A stretch of 53,413 bases of DNA, taken from contig CAMTYL010000003.1 in NCBI GenBank assembly GCA_947085985.1, positions 81,826 through 135,238 on the forward strand, in the 5' to 3' direction. Source of the stretch: an uncultured bacterium. Its GTDB lineage: Bacteria > Patescibacteriota > Minisyncoccia > Phycocordibacterales > Phycocordibacteraceae. The notes under the pieces were generated by a model that ran no database searches, was not told the DNA's origin, and saw nothing but the letters and a program-made list of their open reading frames with translations. Shown here in pieces: positions 45,723 to 53,413 of this stretch (position 1 is its first letter; each line of letters starts with the position of its first letter). A program made the translations under genes and the position numbers.

Positions 45723-46004
45723 TTAGGCGGCTGCGAGGACGTCTACAACCTTCTTGCGGACAACCTTTCCGTCAAAGTTAGTCTTGCGGCGGCTACGATA
45801 GATAACCTTGCCAGTAATCATAGAGTAGAGGGTGTGGTCGTGGCCAACCTTTACGTTGGTTCCCGCCTCAATCTTGGTGCCGCGCTGGCGCACGATAACC
45901 ATGCCTGGGCGAGCAGCCTGGCCGTCGCCAAGCTTGATACCAAGGTATTTAGGATTTGAGTCTCGGCCGTTTTTAGACGAACCTCCTGCTTTTGTATGTG
46001 CCAT
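45723..46004 (-). CDS. rpmA: 50S ribosomal protein L27
   Basis: [22 protein letters not shown] and VRQRGT motifs. Confidence 0.98.
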   Translation of the reverse strand: MAHTKAGGSSKNGRDSNPKYLGIKLGDGQAARPGMVIVRQRGTKIEAGTNVKVGHDHTLYSMITGKVIYRSRRKTNFDGKVVRKKVVDVLAAA

Positions 46005-46016
46005 AATTTAGGTGTT

Positions 46017-46439
46017 ATGAATATAGCAGATATAGGGGAGTGGAGCAAGGCCAAACTGGCTCTCCTGCCACCCCACACAGCCGTAGTGCTGACGCTGGTA
46101 CTTTCTTCCACTGCCTCCTTTGGCTTGGGAGTCCTGGCAGGGCGCGATATGGCCGCTCCTGGAGCCCTGGTACCGGTGCGAGCAGGGCAGGGAGGCCTGG
46201 AAGTGTTAGACAGCTCCGGAATGAAGGTGGCGCCTAGTGCGCTTCCTGCGGCTGCCATAGCGCCCATTCTGGGTATTCCAGGCCAGGGATTTGTGGCTTC
46301 CAAAAGTGGTACCAAGTACTACCTGCCCACCTGTAGTGGGGTAGGCAGGATAAAGGAGGAAAACAGGGTGTGGTATGCAACGAAAGCTGACGCCGAAGCG
46401 GCGGGGCTAACGCCTGCAGCAAATTGTCCCGGAATATAG
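46017..46439 (+). CDS. Membrane protein with C-terminal Ada-metal-binding-like domain
   Basis: FVASKSGTKYYLPTC...RIKEENRVWY...AEAAGLTPAANC. Confidence 0.7.
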   Translation: MNIADIGEWSKAKLALLPPHTAVVLTLVLSSTASFGLGVLAGRDMAAPGALVPVRAGQGGLEVLDSSGMKVAPSALPAAAIAPILGIPGQGFVASKSGTKYYLPTCSGVGRIKEENRVWYATKADAEAAGLTPAANCPGI

Positions 46440-46456
46440 TGCGGTAGAATAGGGAC

Positions 46457-47059
46457 ATGATTGTTTTAGACGTAGAAGGCAGCGGACTCATCGCAACCAA
46501 GAACTCCATACTCTCCATTGGTGCCGTTGATCTAGACGAGCCGACTAACCAGTTCTACGACGAGTGTCGTGTGTGGGATGGAGCCGTAATTGAGGACCAG
46601 GCGCTCGCCATAAATGGGTTTACGCGCGAGGAAATCACTGACCCAAGCAGAAAGAGTGAAGCTGAACTTATTGCGGGGTTTGTGGCATGGGCCACGGACC
46701 GTCCTACGTACAGAGTGCTGGCCGCACAGAACCCATCCTACGACTTGGAGTTTGTGCAGGCTGCATGCACTCGTGCGGGCATTGAGTGCCCATTTGGGAA
46801 GCGCACCATAGATGTGCACACACTCGTGTGGGCGCACATGACGATGCATGGCGTAGAACTCCCCGTAGATACGCACCGCTCAATCATCAATCTAGATTTT
46901 GCGCTCCGGTACTGTGGCATACCGGAAGAGCCGCGCCCGCACAACGCGCTCACCGGAGCGTTCTGTCACGCCGAGGTGATTTCACGCATTGCACGCAACA
47001 AGAAACTGCTGCCAGAATTTAGCGCAGACGACATTCCGTGGTTATCCGCAGTTGAGTAG
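46457..47059 (+). CDS. DEDDh 3'-5' exonuclease
   Basis: VLDVEGSG, AQNPSYD and PHNALTGA motifs. Confidence 0.85.
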   Translation: MIVLDVEGSGLIATKNSILSIGAVDLDEPTNQFYDECRVWDGAVIEDQALAINGFTREEITDPSRKSEAELIAGFVAWATDRPTYRVLAAQNPSYDLEFVQAACTRAGIECPFGKRTIDVHTLVWAHMTMHGVELPVDTHRSIINLDFALRYCGIPEEPRPHNALTGAFCHAEVISRIARNKKLLPEFSADDIPWLSAVE

Positions 47060-47095
47060 ACGGTGTAAGACACGCTATACTAATACAAACGCACC

Positions 47096-47887
47096 ATGTC
47101 AGACCCAGTAAATGTACTTTCCACGGCCGACGCAACCACCACTGGTGCGTCAGGGATGACGGATAAGGAGTTGCACCAGCACACCGGTGCAAAACTTGCT
47201 CGTGTTATTGAAGAGGGTAGGGAGTCCATGCCTGAAAATCCAGCACCACTCGTCTGCAAGCCGCAAAAGCTTGAGAGCTGGAGGGTGTTTAAAATCATGG
47301 CCGAGTTCGTGGACGGCTTTGAGGCCATTCGCCGCTACGGACTTGCTATTACGTTCTTTGGTACCGCGCGCGATACGCTTCCTTCAAACGTGTATAGTGA
47401 CGCTAACGAGCTATCTGGTCGTTTGGCAAAGGCAGGGTATGCGGTAATTACTGGCGGTAGCAGCGGGCTTATGGAGGCTGCAAACAGAGGGGCATACGAA
47501 GCTGGCGGTGCTTCGGTTGGACTCAATATAAAGCTGCCAATGGAACAGGCAGGTAATAAGTACGTCACGGACTCCACCACCTTTGACCACTTTTTTGTAC
47601 GCAAGGTTATGCTCACCTTTGCCTCCGAGGTATACATCTACTTCCCAGGAGGATTTGGCACCATTGATGAGTTCAGTGAGATTCTTACCTTGATTCAAAC
47701 CAAGAAGATTAAGCGTGTACCCCTTGTGCTCTATAGCAAGGAGTACTGGACCCCAATTGTGAATCTGTTCCGTGACCATTTACTTATGAAGTATCACGCG
47801 ATTGACCCTGAAGATATGGAGCTCTTCCATATCGTTGATTCCGTAGACGAAGCGTACGACTACATCACCAAGAACGTTACGTGCTAG
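47096..47887 (+). CDS. LOG family (TIGR00730-like) protein
   Basis: ITGGSSGLMEAANRGA, FFVRKVM and FPGGFGTIDE motifs. Confidence 0.92.
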   Translation: MSDPVNVLSTADATTTGASGMTDKELHQHTGAKLARVIEEGRESMPENPAPLVCKPQKLESWRVFKIMAEFVDGFEAIRRYGLAITFFGTARDTLPSNVYSDANELSGRLAKAGYAVITGGSSGLMEAANRGAYEAGGASVGLNIKLPMEQAGNKYVTDSTTFDHFFVRKVMLTFASEVYIYFPGGFGTIDEFSEILTLIQTKKIKRVPLVLYSKEYWTPIVNLFRDHLLMKYHAIDPEDMELFHIVDSVDEAYDYITKNVTC

Positions 47888-47924
47888 TAGCGCCCTAGAA
47901 AGGGAACTGGTTTATACTTCTCGT

Positions 47925-48158
47925 ATGGAAACCATTACCGAGGACGGATTCGGGCTCATTCTGGAGCGGTACGCGTCGCAGCCACTCACCGACGAGGAGA
48001 CGGTTATGTATCGCGACAAGGGCTGGGAGCTCTCTAGTGACCCCTGGCATACCGGTGGTGAAAAAATGGAAACAGGAAGTGGTGCGCAGGCAGTGCTTCG
48101 CTACATATTTAAAAAGACTCAGGAACCCGAACCGATACCAGAGGATACGACTTTGTAA
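47925..48158 (+). CDS. Small hypothetical protein
   Basis: TATACT 6 nt before ATG; ends at the repeat hairpin. Confidence 0.6.
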   Translation: METITEDGFGLILERYASQPLTDEETVMYRDKGWELSSDPWHTGGEKMETGSGAQAVLRYIFKKTQEPEPIPEDTTL

Positions 48159-48218
48159 AAAAGAAAACCGCTCCTTCGCCGAAACGAAGGGGTTTAGGTT
48201 TCGTCTCGCCGGGGGCGG
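48156..48218 (-). repeat. ~62-bp terminator-like repeat, copy 1
   Basis: TAAAAAAGAAAACCGCTCCTTCGCCGAAACGAAGG...TCGTCTCGCCGGGGGCGG. Confidence 0.85.
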
Positions 48219-48230
48219 CGGCTGCAATTC

Positions 48231-48575
48231 TTATCGATTCAGATACTCCACCAGGCTTATCGAGCTGAAAGCCAGGAGGAAACCGGCTATGACGAGAAAG
48301 CCGTTCTTCAGCCATCCGGTCTTGAGATAGTAGGCGTAGTAGAGGGACACGAGGCAGATGCTGCTAGACCAGGGAAAAATCGCGTAGAATTCCTGGTCGC
48401 TCCAGTGGACTAGAAACAGCATCAGTACGCTGAACAGCACCACTACGCCCCCGAACCAGTAGAGAAACTCCTTGATGATTCTGAGAAGCTGCACTGAGTT
48501 GGGCGGGCGCCTTTCGGCACTCGGAGTATCTCGGGTGTCCTCGCGGAAGACGTGAGGCAATTGTCGTGACGACAT
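48231..48575 (-). CDS. Three-TM hypothetical protein (orphan cassette)
   Basis: AAGGAAGG SD; TTGACT-16-TATCCT. Confidence 0.75.
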   Translation of the reverse strand: MSSRQLPHVFREDTRDTPSAERRPPNSVQLLRIIKEFLYWFGGVVVLFSVLMLFLVHWSDQEFYAIFPWSSSICLVSLYYAYYLKTGWLKNGFLVIAGFLLAFSSISLVEYLNR

Positions 48576-48729
48576 AGCTGGAAGGGTCCTTCCTTAGCGG
48601 TGAAGTAATCGATGGTCCTGTAATAGGATACCTATTTAACACAAAAAGTCAAGTAAGAAAAGAGAAGTAAATGTGAAAGTGCCCGCTCCGAGAAGTTGGG
48701 AGCGGGCACAGTTCTGGTCGCGCTCGGGC

Positions 48730-48876
48730 CTAGTTGGACACTGGAGGCGCGTTCGGTGGGGCAGCGATGCGGCTCACGTTGTAGCTGATGGTGCCGACAA
48801 CATACGTGGCTAGAAATAACGCCATGATGATTGCCGGCCACCACCCGAACCCTATAGTACGCTTCTTGTCGGACAT
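48730..48876 (-). CDS. 48-aa single-TM protein (orphan cassette)
   Basis: AAGGAAGG SD; MSDKKRTIGFGWWPAIIMALF...; hairpin at 48679-48709. Confidence 0.65.
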   Translation of the reverse strand: MSDKKRTIGFGWWPAIIMALFLATYVVGTISYNVSRIAAPPNAPPVSN

Positions 48877-48966
48877 GTCCGTATCCTTCCTTGAGCGAAC
48901 CGAGATGTTCACCTACACGATTTATACTCCGCTGACTAATCCCGTCAAGCAGTAAGGTAAGAAGTC

Positions 48967-49027
48967 TAAAAAAGAAAACCGCCCCTTCGTTGAAACGAAG
49001 GTTTGGTTCTCGTTTCGCCGGGGGCGG
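48967..49027 (-). repeat. ~62-bp terminator-like repeat, copy 2
   Basis: TAAAAAAGAAAACCGCCCCTTCGTTGAAACGAAGG...TCGTTTCGCCGGGGGCGG. Confidence 0.85.
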
Positions 49028-49064
49028 TGGGAGAGTGATTCGCTCTCGGGTGGATTGATCAGTG

Positions 49065-49298
49065 TCAGGCCTGGATAAGGAACAGGTCTCGCAGGTGCGT
49101 TCTCTCCTGGTCACTCATAGCCAGATAGTGCTCCTGGCACCCGACACACCGTCGTGTCGGGGGTGCGGCTTCAAAGACTCTCATTGTTCCTGACACGTCT
49201 CCGGGAGAGCCGCAGCTGGGACGGGTCGACTCCGTCATCAGGCACAGCATGACGTCTGGAATCTGGAGAAAGCTCAACTCTGATTGCCTGCTATCCAT
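49065..49298 (-). CDS. Small Cys-containing protein, weak TraR/DksA zinc-finger resemblance
   Basis: AAAGG SD; SCG...AAPPTRRCVGCQ. Confidence 0.5.
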   Translation of the reverse strand: MDSRQSELSFLQIPDVMLCLMTESTRPSCGSPGDVSGTMRVFEAAPPTRRCVGCQEHYLAMSDQERTHLRDLFLIQA

Positions 49299-49427
49299 GG
49301 GCTGGACCTTTCTATTTTAAATGTGCTCAAGACAGACTGTATCACAGGAGATTAGGGAGAGGGAATGCGAAGAAGCGCCCACCCGTGGTTAGGGAGGGCG
49401 CTCTTCCGGAGGATTCCGGGGATCCCG

Positions 49428-49697
49428 CTAGTCGACGTTGTCGATGTCGCGGGCGTACTGGTAGAGCGTGTTGTCCTCGACGGTGCCAAGGCCGGCGAAG
49501 TTGAAGCGGTTCTGGTGACCCCATTCGGCCAGGGTCAGAACCATCTCGACTTCGGCCTTGTCGGTCGGAGCCAGCTGCACACCGGGGTGGCTGCGGACCA
49601 GGTTGCGCAGAACGCGCAGCCCTTGCATATTCTTGGCGAAAGCGATGCGGACGAACCCGCTACGCTTTGTGGCATTGATGAACTTTTCACCGCCCAT
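49428..49697 (-). CDS. Hypothetical protein (orphan cassette)
   Basis: GGAGG SD; TTGACT-16-TACTAT; hairpin at about 49369-49407. Confidence 0.7.
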   Translation of the reverse strand: MGGEKFINATKRSGFVRIAFAKNMQGLRVLRNLVRSHPGVQLAPTDKAEVEMVLTLAEWGHQNRFNFAGLGTVEDNTLYQYARDIDNVD

Positions 49698-49823
49698 GGC
49701 TCTTTGCCCTCCTACTTGGACGTTGCAACAGCCTATATAGTACATGCTTTGTTTAAAAAGTCAAGTAATGGGGAAGTGGTCAATTATGCGGTTTAGGACT
49801 TCCCTAGTGCTAATTTTGAAGAA

Positions 49824-50192
49824 TCGGGGAAGTGGTTCATTTTCGTCTTATTAAACTTTCTTCAGGGGAGTTGAGCGCCGCACACGGTTGCAGAAATTTT
49901 TGATAGACACCTAGAGAGGGAAGAGGAGGGTGGTAACCACGGGTAGGGTCGGCCCAAATTGAATCTGACCCCGAGGGAGCTCGTTGCTTAATGTGCGCAC
50001 AATATATCTTTTACGCACTAATTCTACACAGTATATAGGCGCTGTGGCGCCTTGGGTTGGTTTGGGTCTAGTAGTTCCCTTGTACTATCCTTGTATGCCA
50101 GTGGAGGTGCGTATGGTTGGGTAAGGGCATCTGTTCCCTCTAGATTGTCTGACAACATTCTCTTAATAGAACTCTTAAGACCACTTCCCCGA
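49824..50192. repeat. 13-bp inverted repeat bounding ~370 bp of non-coding DNA (MITE-like)
   Basis: TCGGGGAAGTGGT (49824-49836) / ACCACTTCCCCGA (50180-50192); extra copy at 49770-49781. Confidence 0.5.
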
Positions 50193-50362
50193 CACAAAAG
50201 ATTTGGACTCCAGGCGGAGTCCAAAGTGGGTAGTACCTATTCCTTGTAATGGACTTAGGTGTTGGGAACGACAGTGAGCATGTGCTCAAGGTCTGTTGAC
50301 CGAGCGCTCAGAGTCTAATCCTGGGTGGCGTCTTCACGACACCACCAGAGTTAGAGTCTAAA

Positions 50363-50491
50363 CTACCAGTCGTCTGGGGCGGCGTTCTCGTTGCCGTCCT
50401 TCTTCCAGTCACATTCCTCCCGGTTGGTGGGCTCCTTCAGGTCGATTCCGATGGTGCGGTCGAACTGAACGTGGTTCATGCACGTACGCAT
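50363..50491 (-). CDS. 42-aa acidic microprotein (orphan cassette)
   Basis: GGAGGGG SD; MRTCMNHVQFDRTIGIDLKEPTNREECDWKKDGNENAAPDDW; hairpin at 50314-50355. Confidence 0.55.
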   Translation of the reverse strand: MRTCMNHVQFDRTIGIDLKEPTNREECDWKKDGNENAAPDDW

Positions 50492-50554
50492 GGTTACCCC
50501 TCCGGTTAACGTGCGACAAAGTCTCGCACATACGTAGCATAGACCCGTGTGGGT

Positions 50555-50812
50555 CTAGTTGTCCACTCCTTCTAGGTGACGAGTGAAGTGTTGCTTGATG
50601 GTCGCGTCAAGCGCACGACTGAAATCTATGGCGTGCTTTGGCGACAGCACCACCTCGCTTATCAATTGCCCCATAGGGGTGCCTGGGCGCATGTACGCAA
50701 ACTGGATAACTACCGAGTCGTCCGATACGGTCACTTGAGTAGCATTGGTAAAGGCGGGACGAGCGTCGGGACTAATGGCGATTTCGATTTGTTTTGTGGG
50801 TTCAGTGTTCAT
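50555..50812 (-). CDS. DUF3467-like protein
   Basis: FTNATQV...VVIQF...VVLSPKHA. Confidence 0.75.
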   Translation of the reverse strand: MNTEPTKQIEIAISPDARPAFTNATQVTVSDDSVVIQFAYMRPGTPMGQLISEVVLSPKHAIDFSRALDATIKQHFTRHLEGVDN

Positions 50813-50826
50813 AAAGACGAAGCCGA

Positions 50827-51024
50827 TTAAGAGACGGTATTCTTAACATTCTCGGCAAAACCGGTAATCCACGCGACGACGATATCCCAGCCGTTTGAAA
50901 TGAGACTCCAGAGGAACGAGAAGTTATCCTGGCCGTACGGGCTCTCTACAATGGAGCGAATTGAAATGCCCAGATAGGAAAGCACGAGCACACCTATGGC
51001 TATCAGAATGATGAATCTAATCAT
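50827..51024 (-). CDS. Small membrane protein
   Basis: MIRFIILIAIGVLVLSYLGISIRSIVESP...; leaderless-type start. Confidence 0.75.
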   Translation of the reverse strand: MIRFIILIAIGVLVLSYLGISIRSIVESPYGQDNFSFLWSLISNGWDIVVAWITGFAENVKNTVS

Positions 51025-51044
51025 ACAAAAAGTATACTATGGCC

Positions 51045-51225
51045 ATGGCCGCTAAAAAGACGAGTCCGACAGCGCAGGTGAACAAAAGGGGGAGTGTACT
51101 TCCCCACCCAGCGCTCGCTCATCTCAAAAAAAGCTGACCCGCGTTTATACTCGGCGGCACTTCCCCATCACGGAGCGATTCTAGAGAGCATGGCGCACCG
51201 AAGAAAGTATCAAGCCCTCTTCCCT
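51045..51225 (+). pseudogene. AlkA-like DNA-3-methyladenine glycosylase 5' fragment
   Basis: ALAHLKK|ADPRLYSAAL...ALF with a frameshift in the A7 run; homology appears to stop afterwards. Confidence 0.4.
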
Positions 51226-51276
51226 GCACCGGTACTATGCGTGCCGTGTGTTATGGAGGGTGCGAGATTCACGCAC

Positions 51277-51750
51277 TTAGCACGAGTAGTCGAGAGCGTT
51301 AGTGAGCAGGTTTGTGGCAGAAGTAACCCCGCTACCACGACTATCTACACAAAAAAACTGAGCACTGTTGCCCTTTAGTGGTACTTGAGCTGCCCACCCA
51401 GTGGGTCCATCATTACAAACGGCGGTGTTGGATGAGCCGCCTGCGGCGTGGTCAATTGAAAACCCTGGAAGACCGGTGATGTTGGCTGCAGCAAGCACCT
51501 GAGCATAGATACTTTTTACTCCTCCGGGCGTCACTACATCTGTGCACACGGTATCGTAGGACTTGTTGTTTGACTGATAAAAGAGTTCCGCTTGTGTACG
51601 CGCACCCGTAAGATTTGATTTGATAGCTACATCAAACCCATTAGTTCTGGCTGTGCCAAGTGCTGAAAGCACCACTGATGAGAGAACGCCGATGATAGCA
51701 ACGACGATCAGAAGTTCAATAAGAGTAAATCCGCGTGGTGATTGAAACAT
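51277..51750 (-). CDS. Type IV pilin-like protein
   Basis: RGFTLIELLIVVAIIGVLSSVV prepilin motif; C-terminal FCVDS. Confidence 0.92.
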   Translation of the reverse strand: MFQSPRGFTLIELLIVVAIIGVLSSVVLSALGTARTNGFDVAIKSNLTGARTQAELFYQSNNKSYDTVCTDVVTPGGVKSIYAQVLAAANITGLPGFSIDHAAGGSSNTAVCNDGPTGWAAQVPLKGNSAQFFCVDSRGSGVTSATNLLTNALDYSC

Positions 51751-51848
51751 GTGCGTGTGCGACTATTCTCAATCCTACCATGCCAAATACTGCTAACTGG
51801 TGCGTTGCTACGCTAGTACTGGTAGGAGTTAGTGGTTGTTATAAGAAG

Positions 51849-53198
51849 CTATAGATATGACAGTGGGTTGAGATACGCGTCCTTTGGCGCAACGGGCATA
51901 GCAGCGTTCGCGCACGGTGTGGTAGCTCCGCGGTACTGCTTCAGGGTCATGATTTGAACACCTGAGGCTGCAAACACACTGAAGTGAAGGTGGGGTCCCG
52001 TTGCGTAGCCGGTCATGCCAGAGTTTCCAATCACCTCTCCGGTAGTGACTGCTTGGCCCGCCGACACCCCAATGGAAGACAGGTGAGAATACAACGTTGC
52101 CAGACCATTTGCGTGCTTTACCACCACCCACTTTCCGTAGGAATAACAGCCGGGTATGGCGTCCGTGTTTCCGGTGGCCATGACCGTTCCCGAAAGAGCG
52201 CTGGTGACCGGGGTGCCGGTTGGGACCCCAATATCAATGGCGTTATGACCCGAGCCGTTATAAATCTGCGCGTTGGCTGTTGCAAAGGCGGTATTGCCGA
52301 AGTATTGCGTGATGCAAAAATTGTTTCCAAGAGCACCAGCCTTCCCAGGACACGTAGCCATAAATGACGGCTTAAACGGCCACGCTAGAACTCCCTTCCC
52401 GACACTTGGAATACCGGCGGAACCAACAGATTTAAGACTGTTCTCAAGACCACTCAATGCTGCCTCAAAGACCTTTTGCTCAGCACGCTTCTTTGCAATT
52501 AAACTCTGATACGTGCTCTCTTGACTCTTGGTTTGCTTCAAAAGCTTGTCCTTCTCAGCTTTTGCAAGATCCAGGGATTTCTTTTGCTGCTTCAAATCCT
52601 CGTTCAAGTCCGACAACTTTGCCTTGGTAGCAGCAACAGATGTGTGCTGAACCGTGAGCTCTACTTTTGCTGCACCTAGACTTTTAGTGTGCTCTTGTAT
52701 GGCGCGAGAAACGTCTGCATTCGTATCGGCCATAATCCAGGCGTCAGTAAGCGAGTCGGTAGCAAGGAGCTGTTCTATGAGGCTTGAATCCGTTGCAGCC
52801 TGCAGATTGCGGAAAGAACGCGCTAGTACTTCGCGACCAAGCCGTATCACATCCTCCTTGTCTGCTATCTCGTAGGCAAGCTCGTTCAACTTTAGATTGC
52901 TGGCGCTGATTCGGTTCTGTGTTGCGCTAATCTGAGACGATGTCTGTTGACGCGTGACGTCAATGGACTTGATTGCAGTCTGTAGTGTCTGGCCCTGTGC
53001 ACCAAGAACGTTTAGCTGCTTTTGGTATGCGGCTATTTCGCGCTCAATAGCCTTAATTTTCTCGTTGTGCGCTTCCATCTGAACCTTAATATCGTCTACT
53101 GTTTCTGCAAGCGCTAGTTGCGCAGGAATCTGCGCAAGGCCTATCAACAGAAGTCCGAGAACAAAGATGATTGATACAGAACGAACAGTAGCGTGCAT
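51849..53198 (-). CDS. Coiled-coil M23 peptidase (EnvC-like architecture)
   Basis: Signal peptide, long coiled coil, HNAID, YSHL and TGPHLHF motifs. Confidence 0.9.
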   Translation of the reverse strand: MHATVRSVSIIFVLGLLLIGLAQIPAQLALAETVDDIKVQMEAHNEKIKAIEREIAAYQKQLNVLGAQGQTLQTAIKSIDVTRQQTSSQISATQNRISASNLKLNELAYEIADKEDVIRLGREVLARSFRNLQAATDSSLIEQLLATDSLTDAWIMADTNADVSRAIQEHTKSLGAAKVELTVQHTSVAATKAKLSDLNEDLKQQKKSLDLAKAEKDKLLKQTKSQESTYQSLIAKKRAEQKVFEAALSGLENSLKSVGSAGIPSVGKGVLAWPFKPSFMATCPGKAGALGNNFCITQYFGNTAFATANAQIYNGSGHNAIDIGVPTGTPVTSALSGTVMATGNTDAIPGCYSYGKWVVVKHANGLATLYSHLSSIGVSAGQAVTTGEVIGNSGMTGYATGPHLHFSVFAASGVQIMTLKQYRGATTPCANAAMPVAPKDAYLNPLSYL

Positions 53199-53201
53199 TG
53201 T

Positions 53202-53413
53202 TTAGAGTATAGCAAGTGCGTGCTCAACTCGAGAAATTGCTTCCTCGGTACCAAGGACTGCTACAAGAGTAAACGGATCAGGAGACCGTTCCTTACCGGA
53301 AAGCGCATAGCGAAGTGGCCAGAGCATGGCCCCCCGTCCTCCCTTCCCCTTTGCCTCTTCTAGGTCCGCAATGGGCATAAGAAGCTCTTTTACTGCCTCT
53401 GCGGTGGACTGGT
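53202..53413 (-). CDS. gltX: Glutamate--tRNA ligase, C-terminal part
   Basis: Manual translation ...GRGAMLWPLRYALSGKERSPDPFTLVAVLGTEEAISRV... matches the anticodon-binding domain. Confidence 0.85.
   Translation of the reverse strand, partial: QSTAEAVKELLMPIADLEEAKGKGGRGAMLWPLRYALSGKERSPDPFTLVAVLGTEEAISRVEHALAIL

Noticed and set aside
48156-49027. Integron attC sites
   Set aside because: No RYYYAAC/GTTRRRY ends, no intI, and the T run indicates a terminator.
1-53413. Alternative genetic code (TGA=Gly), DGR or retron
   Set aside because: TGA terminates full-length conserved genes such as rseP and rsmH; no reverse transcriptase or TR/VR pair seen.

Overview
Chromosomal segment of a small-genome bacterium, most likely Patescibacteria/CPR (Parcubacteria-like; inferred from gene content and compact architecture), standard code 11. 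The backbone is housekeeping and envelope genes: uppP, fmt-def, murA, two mreB, holB-frr-rseP, proS-mreBCD-pbp2, greA, mraZ-rsmH-ftsL-ftsI-murF, truB, a P-type ATPase, rmuC, rplU, recR-dnaB-cysS-corA, ctpA, rplI, rpmA, a pilin, an M23 peptidase and gltX. There are two tRNAs: tRNA-Asn(GTT), split in the anticodon by a group I intron carrying an HNH ORF, and tRNA-Glu(CTC). The most unusual signals are non-coding. (1) Both tRNAs are followed by the same trailer: a hairpin, an inverted copy and then a direct copy of their own 3' end. (2) At least seven intergenic palindromic elements share a CTCGCT-hairpin-GCTC core in the same orientation but have locus-specific outer stems. (3) A Val/Leu/Ile leader-peptide attenuator lies in front of an orphan gene. 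(4) An unassigned ~185-nt structured RNA lies upstream of def. (5) Core genes look leaderless, whereas about 18 orphan single-gene cassettes carry Shine-Dalgarno sites, usually with their own terminator and often a full -35/-10 promoter. No CRISPR, integrase, transposase or reverse transcriptase was seen. All calls come from reading the sequence; no searches were run.
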